From an uncultured archaeon (GTDB lineage Archaea > Asgardarchaeota > Thorarchaeia > Thorarchaeales > Thorarchaeaceae), in contig CAYYQL010000053.1 in the NCBI GenBank assembly GCA_964473825.1, forward strand, positions 1-13,607: DNA of 13,607 bases, read 5' to 3'. Made by a program: the position numbers and the translations under genes. A model generated the notes under the pieces. The model searched no databases. It was not told the origin of the DNA and worked only from the letters and a program-made list of their open reading frames with translations. Of this stretch, positions 1 to 7,116 are shown piece after piece. Each line of letters begins with the position of its first letter. Position 1 is the first letter of the stretch.

Positions 1-519
1 CCAAATATCGCAGAGCGTTGCCAGGTTCTCATTACTGACGACTGCCGCCCTCCTCTGAGTGAGCAAACCAACCTCCTTCACGCTCGGACGCCACAGATAG
101 TCCAAGACCGCCATGGAGATGGCAGCATCTCCCAGCAATGCAAGCACTCTGGCCATCTCAGGCACCATACTGATCTCCTCTAGACTCTCCAGGTCAACTG
201 CGGAGGTTTCGTTTCTCACGAAGTGAGCCTCAATCTCAAGGAACAGATTCTTGGTACTGAGCTGGAACATCGCAATCTTGAGAAGCTCATCATCTGCAAA
301 CTTGATATCCAATGTCTGTTCCAAAGTACTTCCCAGTTCGAACTCTATCTCTTGCATCATCTGAAGGATGTACCCCAATTGACTCTCCCAGCGGTCCAGT
401 TTGTCGAGAGTGCGTGTATTCTGCCGGGGAGTGACACTCCGGGTATGACGAACCGTTTCAGCAAGACCAGCGACCTTCGCCTGCAGGTCAATCGCAGACC
501 AAGCAAGGCTCTCCTTCAC
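1..519 (-). CDS. RNase III-like (Mini-III-type signature) nuclease-domain protein, 3' end runs off the window; not in ORF track
   Basis: Open frame from GTG at 519 to position 1 (173 codons, no stop): MKESLAWSAIDLQAKV...LEQTLDIKFADDELLKIAMFQLS...ARVLALLGDAAISMAVLDYLW...EVGLLTQRRAAVVSNENLATLCDIW. This parallels the RNase III pattern LExxLGYxFxDxxLLxxALTHxS...ERLEFLGDAVL...EGxLTxxRAxLVSNxxLA. The start overlaps the upstream stop (GTGA, 516-519). Confidence 0.8.
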   Translation of the reverse strand, partial: MKESLAWSAIDLQAKVAGLAETVRHTRSVTPRQNTRTLDKLDRWESQLGYILQMMQEIEFELGSTLEQTLDIKFADDELLKIAMFQLSTKNLFLEIEAHFVRNETSAVDLESLEEISMVPEMARVLALLGDAAISMAVLDYLWRPSVKEVGLLTQRRAAVVSNENLATLCDIW

Positions 520-1307
520 ATCAAGCCCTCTCCAGGGATGTAGTGGGTGACAGTCGTCTTCCGATCGATGTCACGTTGTTGAAACATCGCCTGAACACCA
601 TAGTCATTGGATAAGAGACAGAATGCGATACCAATGATGGGAGGTGCGAAGGAGAGGTCAAAGACCACATTGTTCTCAGTTATCTCTTCCAGTAGGATCT
701 TCTCAACATGGGCATAGGTGGACATGAGGTCGCCCGACTTTCCACCTTCGTAGTAGCCTACCACACTCTCAGGCAGTTCGTGCCAGACCTTCTCCCATCG
801 TTTCGTGACTCCATCGGGAACATAGCGTTCAAGACCCTTAGATACTCCCTTCCCGAATCTAGCTTTTTCTACAACTAAGACAAGGCGATTGTAATGAAAC
901 TCGGCATCCATGGCAAACCATCTCACCAGGGGGCGTGCATCGTCAGGTCGGGAGATAGAGGTCACGACTGCGGTCGGAAGAGTGACATTGAGCACACGCC
1001 TGACAGGCTGAATTGCTCGAGGATGCAACCGATAGATTCTCTCTTGTGATTCCTTCCTGCTGGTGATTATCCCCAAGGTCTCCAGATGTTTTGTGTTGTA
1101 GTAGAGTTTCGGATCGGTAACAACAACCTCCTCCGGATCAATCTCCTTACCATTCTCTTCTGCTGCAGCAATCATGGCATCCCTGATTTTGTCGCGCAGG
1201 TGATTTCCATTCTTAGGACCGGTCTCGAGCTCTTCGAGAATCACTCTCCTAGCTCGGACATTCTGAATCTCTCGCCGAATAACGTCATCTGCTGATTCCC
1301 AATACAT
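516..1307 (-). CDS. Winged-HTH transcription regulator with C-terminal CARF-like (Rossmann) domain
   Basis: N-terminal wHTH pattern (RRVILEELETGPKNGNHL...KLYYNTKHLETLGIITSRKESQERIYRL). The C-terminal half has CARF-like beta/alpha order: TAVVTSIS / RLVLVV / DLMSTYAHVEKIL / VVFDLSFAPPIIGIAFCLLSNDYG / VQAMF. The ORF track starts at 1349; ATG at 1307 is preferred because a GGAG lies about 10 nt upstream. Confidence 0.7.
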   Translation of the reverse strand: MYWESADDVIRREIQNVRARRVILEELETGPKNGNHLRDKIRDAMIAAAEENGKEIDPEEVVVTDPKLYYNTKHLETLGIITSRKESQERIYRLHPRAIQPVRRVLNVTLPTAVVTSISRPDDARPLVRWFAMDAEFHYNRLVLVVEKARFGKGVSKGLERYVPDGVTKRWEKVWHELPESVVGYYEGGKSGDLMSTYAHVEKILLEEITENNVVFDLSFAPPIIGIAFCLLSNDYGVQAMFQQRDIDRKTTVTHYIPGEGLM

Positions 1308-1465
1308 CTTCGGACAACTCCGACAATATAGAAGACCTACATATTTCATATAGATGTTATTCCTATCGACTGTTCTGGGTGTTACATACCTATTGCCCAG
1401 ATATTACCCTCGTAGTTCGCGTTCAGAAATCGCCCCCTAGAGGCCATTTGGAGGTGTTTCAGCAC

Positions 1466-1504
1466 TTGCATTTCAATGCAATGACTATGATACATATATA
1501 TGTA
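1466..1504. promoter_or_regulatory. Two palindromes in the divergent wHTH/actin intergenic region (candidate operators)
   Basis: TTGCATT-TC-AATGCAA (1466-1481) and the perfect 14-bp palindrome TACATATATATGTA (1491-1504). Confidence 0.35.
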
Positions 1505-1547
1505 AGATGTTTCTTGTACAGAAACGTCGAAAAATCGAGGGAAATCC

Positions 1548-1563
1548 CGACAATCCTTAAATA
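1548..1563 (+). promoter_or_regulatory. Putative archaeal BRE/TATA promoter of actin
   Basis: CTTAAATA at 1556-1563 preceded by CGACAAT, about 100 nt upstream of the actin ATG, implying a roughly 70-nt 5' UTR. Confidence 0.5.
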
Positions 1564-1659
1564 CGTCAGACCGTAACTTCCTGCCAGCACAGAGTTCTGA
1601 ATCTTCGGGTGAAGAATCGAAAAACTATCTTTGCATAAACAAGTAAGGACCGAAATAAA

Positions 1660-2799
1660 ATGGCTGAAGACGAGTTCCTAGGAGCTAAGCCCGTAGTCAT
1701 TGATAATGGCACGGGATTGAGCAAGAACGGGTACGCCGGGGAAGATCAGCCGAGGAGCGTCTGGCCGACGCTTATTGGTTATCCCCGGTACGAGAGTATC
1801 ATGACGGACGTAGACCACTACACCAGAGACTACTACATTGGTGAGGAGGCAATCAACCTCCGAGGTGTCTTACGTCTGGTCTATCCCATCACTCATGGGG
1901 TGATTGATGACTGGGATGCAATCGAGAAGATATGGTCGTATACATTCTACAACGACCTCAAGGTTGACCCCAGTGAAAATCCAGTGCTTCTGACCGAGGC
2001 ACCATTCAATCCACGTGAGAACAGGGAGCGCATGGCAAGCGTCATGTTTGACAACTTTGGAGCACCAGCAGTATATGTGGCCACTCAGGCAGTGCTGTCA
2101 CTGTACGCATCTGGTAGAACCACAGGCCTGGTCATCGACTCTGGTGACGGTGTGACACACATAGTCCCAATCTATGAGGGCTTTGCAATCACTCACGCCA
2201 TCAGAAGAATCGACCTAGCTGGAAGAGACATCACAGAGTACTTGCGCAGGTTGCTCAGGCAGAGGGGTTACTCCTTTGTGAGCGGCGCAGAGAAAGAGAT
2301 TGTGAGAGACGTAAAGGAGAAACTCTGTTACGTTGCCCTTGATCCTGAAAAGGAAAGGACCGTGGCAGACAAGGCAGGAGTCGACAAGCCCTACATGCTA
2401 CCTGATGGCGAAGTCATCACTGTGGGGGCAGAGAGATTCCAGGGTCCAGAGCTGTTCTTCAATCCAAGCGCCATTGGTCTCGACACCATACCACTCGACG
2501 AACACATCGTCGAATCAATCAAGGCGTGTGACGTTGACCTGCGACGTGACCTGTACGCAAACATTGTACTCTCAGGTGGTTCAACTATGTTCCCAGGCCT
2601 GAAGGAGCGGCTCCACAAGGAGATCACCGAACTGGTACCCGAGAACATCGAAGTACGAATCATCGCTCCACCTGAGCGCCAATACTCAGTCTGGATTGGA
2701 GGCAGCATTCTAGCCAGCCTCAAGACCTTCCAGAAGATGTGGGTGACTCGCAAGGAGTTTGAGGAAGCGGGACCAGAAGTCATTCATCGCTGTATCTAG
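1660..2799 (+). CDS. Actin (Asgard actin, Lokiactin-like)
   Basis: 379 aa, collinear with eukaryotic actin: [113 protein letters not shown], ending HRCI. Confidence 0.98.
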   Translation: MAEDEFLGAKPVVIDNGTGLSKNGYAGEDQPRSVWPTLIGYPRYESIMTDVDHYTRDYYIGEEAINLRGVLRLVYPITHGVIDDWDAIEKIWSYTFYNDLKVDPSENPVLLTEAPFNPRENRERMASVMFDNFGAPAVYVATQAVLSLYASGRTTGLVIDSGDGVTHIVPIYEGFAITHAIRRIDLAGRDITEYLRRLLRQRGYSFVSGAEKEIVRDVKEKLCYVALDPEKERTVADKAGVDKPYMLPDGEVITVGAERFQGPELFFNPSAIGLDTIPLDEHIVESIKACDVDLRRDLYANIVLSGGSTMFPGLKERLHKEITELVPENIEVRIIAPPERQYSVWIGGSILASLKTFQKMWVTRKEFEEAGPEVIHRCI

Positions 2800-2816
2800 T
2801 TCAAACAACAAACTAT

Positions 2817-2856
2817 GAAGGTAGGGCCGCGAGCCCTCCTTCCTTCTCATTTTTCT
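2817..2856 (+). terminator. Hairpin plus pyrimidine/T tract after actin
   Basis: GAAGG-T-AGGGC / CGCGA loop / GCCCT-CCTTC (2817-2842), followed by CTTCTCATTTTTCT, 17 nt after the actin stop. Confidence 0.55.
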
Positions 2857-2891
2857 TAGACCGGCCTTGGTCTATCACATTCAACCGCATT

Positions 2892-3227
2892 CTACCCAGG
2901 ACAATAGATCTTACCTGGCGAGGGCTCTTCATACATGTCATCTCCATCACGAACGGGCATAAATGCAACCAGCAGTCCAATGAATGGAGAGAAAGCAATG
3001 CCGATGACAAAGTAGGCACTGATGAGTAGGCTAGCTTCAGCCTCGCTCACCAAGAATACCTCTCGGAGCACAGGAAGTGCGGGGCTGAGAAACGGCACAC
3101 CCAAAGGGGCCAACAACGTGCTCACCAAGACAATCTGAACCAATGAAGACTGTAGAGGAGTCCCATCCTCATTAACATCAAAGTCCGCACTAGTCCCAGA
3201 ACCACTTCTTTCTCGAGTCTGCCCCAT
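2892..3227 (-). pseudogene. Truncated MFS transporter (only TM1-TM2)
   Basis: LVSTLLAPLGVPFLSPALPVLREVFLVSEAEASLLISAYFVIGIAFSPFIGLL is a typical drug-exporter MFS N-terminus. The expected motif A (DRxGRR) and the remaining ~10 TMs are absent, and the ORF ends at 111 aa. Confidence 0.7.
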
Positions 3228-3318
3228 AGGATTAACCCTTACTTATTCACTATGGTTAAATTGTAAGACCTCGGGTTGGTGGCAAATGGAGTTCTAGACG
3301 ATTCATAATGAGCCTTCT

Positions 3319-3915
3319 CTATTCAAGAGCTGAGAGAAACTCTTCCGTTTCAAATCCCTCTTCAATCAGCTCAATGTCTTGGACACCAACGCGTTCAGCA
3401 TCGTAGCTGCGGGCTATGATTGTTGCATCAAACTTCTCTCGTGCAGTGGCCTCTCGTCCTCTCCAGACATAGAGGTCATCCCATGCATCGAGAATGAAGA
3501 CATCATCGCTTTTCAGCGACTCTCGTGCCAGTGGAACCTCTGCATAATAGGTCTCATCAGCCTTTCGGTGTACTCTCCAAAGCCTGTAGTCGTGCTTCTC
3601 AATGTGAACTTTCCTGAGGATTCCCTCAGTGTCTTGATCAGTAATTTCGAAATTCGGGAACAGCGACTTGAACTCCTCAGGTTCATCGCCACCGTCGATA
3701 TGGTCTATGTCAGCATGTCCCCTTCTTGCTGTATCTCTCATAACGGCCTCAGCAGCCGTGAGGAATTTCTCATCCACGGATGAATCAGGCCCTATCCAGA
3801 GATATATCTTAGGACCTGTGTCAACAAGATAGCAGTCTCCGCGACCGAATGACCCAGGATGAGGTACGATGACCAGATTCCCTTTTTGAATGTGATAGAC
3901 TGTGAGTTCGGGCAT
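3319..3915 (-). CDS. Two-domain gelsolin (Asgard 2DGel-type actin regulator)
   Basis: Two gelsolin repeats: FGRGDCYLVDTGPKIYLWIGPDSSVDEK...GDEPEEFKSLF and LKSDDVFILDAWDDLYVWRGREATAREK...EEGFETEEFLSAL. The start is ATG 3915 (MPELTVYHI) or the upstream ATG 3942 given by the ORF track. Confidence 0.93.
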   Translation of the reverse strand: MPELTVYHIQKGNLVIVPHPGSFGRGDCYLVDTGPKIYLWIGPDSSVDEKFLTAAEAVMRDTARRGHADIDHIDGGDEPEEFKSLFPNFEITDQDTEGILRKVHIEKHDYRLWRVHRKADETYYAEVPLARESLKSDDVFILDAWDDLYVWRGREATAREKFDATIIARSYDAERVGVQDIELIEEGFETEEFLSALE

Positions 3916-4024
3916 AGAGGATTTGGAGCTGAACATAGTCATAAGTCATGTTAGTATAGTGTTTCGACGGAATCATCTGAAACCGTCCGAGAACTCCCGC
4001 CCTATTCGTTGGGAGGTGTTGGGG

Positions 4025-4762
4025 CTAATCGTCGGGGAACAAGAGGCTGCGTGTACGGTCTAAGATCTCGGTATATTCCGGTTGACCAGTTGCATAGACC
4101 CAAAGGAGCCAGTCGAAGATCTCTATTTCCTTGGGATCAGTTACGTCAGCTCGCACGAGCTGCTCGATCTTCCCCGCCCATTTGAGGCGCATAACCTCGG
4201 TATCCAAGAGCATATCTATAAGCTGCCTCATCTCGTCTTCTGAGAGGGGTAGATCAAATACTGGAAGAGCATTTCGGACTTCCTCTCGCACCGCACTCTC
4301 AAACTCCGCCGGATCGTAGTGTAGACCGAATGTGATGAAGTTCTCTGCGGTCCTGCGATAGTAGTCGGTTGTGCGCTTTCCTGTTCGTACTACGCCATAT
4401 TTGACAACAAACCCGCCATCTATCAATCTTGGCAGATGATGATAGACTTGGTTCTTTGTGAGAGGGGTATACTCCTCCTTTTCTTTGGCGAGTCGAAGAA
4501 GCTCATATACGGACAGCTCATTTCTATGGACGATTCGTTCGCGTATTATTCGTTCGCCTGACGCCTCATCATAAGACTCTTTGACCATCTTGTCTTCGAT
4601 TCCGTCGCGTAGCATCTGCAGTATCTGCAATCTGACAGGGTCCCGAAGAACAGCTGCCCTATCCTCATCACTGACAAAATCAACACGACGCATCGGCTTC
4701 CTACCTGCATCTGTTAGTTCAATACCTTCGATGCCATCAGGAACTGGGACCAATGCATTCAC
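4025..4762 (-). CDS. ArsR-like winged-HTH transcription regulator with helical C-terminal domain
   Basis: LRDPVRLQILQML...LSVYELL...TKNQVYHHLPRLIDGGFVVKYG...TDYYRRTA. There is a ~25-aa insertion between helix 2 and the HTH. Confidence 0.85.
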   Translation of the reverse strand: MNALVPVPDGIEGIELTDAGRKPMRRVDFVSDEDRAAVLRDPVRLQILQMLRDGIEDKMVKESYDEASGERIIRERIVHRNELSVYELLRLAKEKEEYTPLTKNQVYHHLPRLIDGGFVVKYGVVRTGKRTTDYYRRTAENFITFGLHYDPAEFESAVREEVRNALPVFDLPLSEDEMRQLIDMLLDTEVMRLKWAGKIEQLVRADVTDPKEIEIFDWLLWVYATGQPEYTEILDRTRSLLFPDD

Positions 4763-4776
4763 TCACTGAGCCATCG

Positions 4777-4804
4777 GAGGAACGCCAACTTATTAACGTT
4801 CCTC
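4777..4804 (-). promoter_or_regulatory. TATA box flanked by an 8-bp inverted repeat (candidate autoregulatory operator)
   Basis: GAGGAACG (4777-4784) - 12 nt - CGTTCCTC (4797-4804). The spacer reads TTAATAAG on the minus strand, about 30 nt upstream of the GTG at 4762. Confidence 0.55.
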
Positions 4805-4955
4805 GGTACAAGCTTTACGCACCCAACATGGTTTTTTATACCAACATTGACTTGACTTAATGGTGTCGGAGCACAAACCTTTTATCGGGTTCATGGGGCG
4901 GAACGCCGCAACACTCGAGGGCGCGTTCTGGTAGAGCAAGACCGTAGGGCGCTGG

Positions 4956-6029
4956 ATGTCAATGGACATGAATTGTATGCAGAGAACAGAGAACCACCTT
5001 CCACGATTGCTCATAGATGCGCTACCAAACCCGGTGTGCATAGTAGATAGGAAAAATAGGGTTCGTTTTGTAAACAGAAGAGCCCTGGAGATGTTAGGCA
5101 GTAAATCTGATGATGCCCTTATCGGCCACTCGTTAATCGAATTCCTGGCCCCCGAAGACCGAGAACGGGCCGAAAGAGACCTTCAGAGATGTAATGAATT
5201 CATGCCTGGTAGTCCACACGAATATCAGATAGTGAACGACCGTGGAGAGAGAATTCCAATTGTTGCCACATCTGCGATTGTGCCATGCGATAATGACAGC
5301 GAATGTATCATATGCGTTGGAACATCCGCCGAAGCGAAGAACAGTCTTCTGCAAGCGAACAATCTTGCATCTTCAAGAGCTATGCTCTACCTAGATATTC
5401 TGAGAAACAATGTTAGTAACAAGCTCCAGATCATACTGTCGTCCGTTGAACTGCTCATGCAAGATGGTCTGAAAGAGAACAAGAAACCTGAGCTGCTGTC
5501 AAATGTGTTGCAAGCAGTTGACTGCTGCCAAGAGAGTATTAGGTATGCAGAGGAGATGGAACGACTGTTGGTGGAACCCCTTCGGCCAAGACGGCTTGAT
5601 CTAGCAATAAGGAACGCTATACTTGATGTCTACAACAACCGAGAAGATATCAATCTATCAGCAAGTTTCGGAGTAGGAGAGGGGATAGTCATGGCAGACG
5701 GCTCTCTTGAGAATCTGGTGCGAAATTTGATCGATGAAATCTGTCTATGTAATCCAAGAGAAGACAAGTTGGTATCAATTGATGTAAGGGAAACCGAATC
5801 AGAGTATCTGATTATGATTGCTGACAACGGAGTAGGGATACACGATTCAAAGAAAAATGTCTTCAATGGGGACCGGAAAGGACGCCTTCCAGGAATCCAA
5901 GTATGCAGAACAATAGTCGAGAAGTACGGCGGAAGCCTCACTATTCTGGACAAGGTAATCGACAGACCACACAATGGGGTCAGAGCCAGAGTCACTTTTC
6001 CGCGCTGTGAATATCCAGAAAGTCACTGA
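4956..6029 (+). CDS. PAS-domain sensor with degenerate histidine kinase (HisKA/HATPase_c) module
   Basis: PAS: LIDALPNPVCIVDRKNRVRFVNRRALEMLG...LIGHSLIEFLAPED. HisKA-like YLDILRNNVSNKLQII. HATPase G1 box IADNGVGI and C-terminal CRTIVEKYGGSLTI...GVRARVTFP. Several alternative start ATGs lie at 4956-4977. Confidence 0.85.
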   Translation: MSMDMNCMQRTENHLPRLLIDALPNPVCIVDRKNRVRFVNRRALEMLGSKSDDALIGHSLIEFLAPEDRERAERDLQRCNEFMPGSPHEYQIVNDRGERIPIVATSAIVPCDNDSECIICVGTSAEAKNSLLQANNLASSRAMLYLDILRNNVSNKLQIILSSVELLMQDGLKENKKPELLSNVLQAVDCCQESIRYAEEMERLLVEPLRPRRLDLAIRNAILDVYNNREDINLSASFGVGEGIVMADGSLENLVRNLIDEICLCNPREDKLVSIDVRETESEYLIMIADNGVGIHDSKKNVFNGDRKGRLPGIQVCRTIVEKYGGSLTILDKVIDRPHNGVRARVTFPRCEYPESH

Positions 6030-6040
6030 GAATTGAAACA

Positions 6041-7045
6041 TCACTGGCTCTCATATCTGTCCATCTGGCAAATCTCGTTTAGACGTTCTGGAAACGGTTC
6101 GAATAACGTCTGCGTCTTGATGTATTCGTCACCAAAGCGGATGGCCCATAGTTTCAGCATCTCAGTGAGCGAAACAATCGAACTCACACCGTATCGATAG
6201 GACTCTATCTGCTGGTGGAAGTAATCTCTCTCGCCATTGGAAAGCTCGTCATTGAAGTAGCCATAGATGGTATAAAAGGCGTTCACAAATGATGAACTCT
6301 GCAAGCTTGTCGATGTTGCCTCTAGCAGATTCGCCCTGTACCTCGTGATTAGTGTGGAGAAGGCCTCGTCAGCTCTATTGACCACAATGTTGCCCAAGAT
6401 GTTCAGATGCTTCTGACTGAATACCTTGAGTAGATACTTGTTCTCGGAATGGAAATTAACAAGGTAACTCATCTCGCCAGTGTCTTCCACCTCGCGCAGA
6501 GATGCAAGCAGGAACACACGGATGAGAAAATACTCCCGAATCTGCTGGTTTCGGAGCCGTCCATCACTCTCTACCGGAAATCCCTGATATTCACGAAGGA
6601 TGCGTTCGCCAAACAGACCAGAACCTTGGCCTGCCACACCGGCCCCAGGGTCTTTTCCTTTGTAGTAATTGATACCCTTCATGCTACACGAGGGGGATCC
6701 CATCCGAAGGATAAATCCGTCAAGGCGACCCAGCTCGGGCACAACACGATCGATATACTCAAACATGTCATTGGTGAAATCTGAGTCGGTAGCAGGCTGG
6801 ACAAACCGTTTCTCACCGTCTACCATGACTATGCGGAGCCATTTTCGAGGTGCCCCCAAGCCGATCTCCATCTCGGGACAATGCGTCACAAATTCAACAA
6901 AGGGCCTGACCTTCTCGACAAAATCAGAGAAGAGCAGCTGCCCGTTCCACCAACAATTGCAGAGACCGAGGCACTTGCTCACGTACAGCTTGGGTCTAGG
7001 ATGAGTCATTGGATGAATATTTTGCCTGTCCTCCACTTTAGTCAT
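6041..7045 (-). CDS. DUF523 (TudS thiouracil desulfidase-like) plus DUF1722 (YbgA family) protein
   Basis: VSKCLG, HCPEMEIGLGAPR, LDGFILRMGSPSCS, GLFG, PVESDGRL..IREYFL (DUF523). LVNFHSENKYLL, IYGYFNDELS..ER, YIKTQTLFEPFPE (DUF1722). Confidence 0.9.
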   Translation of the reverse strand: MTKVEDRQNIHPMTHPRPKLYVSKCLGLCNCWWNGQLLFSDFVEKVRPFVEFVTHCPEMEIGLGAPRKWLRIVMVDGEKRFVQPATDSDFTNDMFEYIDRVVPELGRLDGFILRMGSPSCSMKGINYYKGKDPGAGVAGQGSGLFGERILREYQGFPVESDGRLRNQQIREYFLIRVFLLASLREVEDTGEMSYLVNFHSENKYLLKVFSQKHLNILGNIVVNRADEAFSTLITRYRANLLEATSTSLQSSSFVNAFYTIYGYFNDELSNGERDYFHQQIESYRYGVSSIVSLTEMLKLWAIRFGDEYIKTQTLFEPFPERLNEICQMDRYESQ

Positions 7046-7116
7046 TCAGAAGAGAAGAAAGATGTGCATCTCAAAACTACTATAAGATAGACTAGAGACG
7101 GTAATAGTGGAGAAAG

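Noticed and set aside
223-543. 106-aa plus-strand ORF
   Set aside because: Antisense shadow of the RNase III-like gene at 1..519 (-); no motifs.
1379-1576. 65-aa ORF upstream of actin
   Set aside because: Covers the promoter and palindrome region, has a GTG start and shows no protein-like features.
2333-2783. Alternative-frame and antisense ORFs inside actin
   Set aside because: Fully overlap a highly conserved gene and have low-information, Ser-rich translations.
1660-3915. Eukaryotic origin or contamination of actin/gelsolin
   Set aside because: No introns, dense prokaryotic gene packing, archaeal promoter-like elements and prokaryotic neighbours.
4793-5041. 82-aa minus-strand ORF
   Set aside because: Overlaps the PAS gene start and the divergent promoter region; no recognisable motifs.
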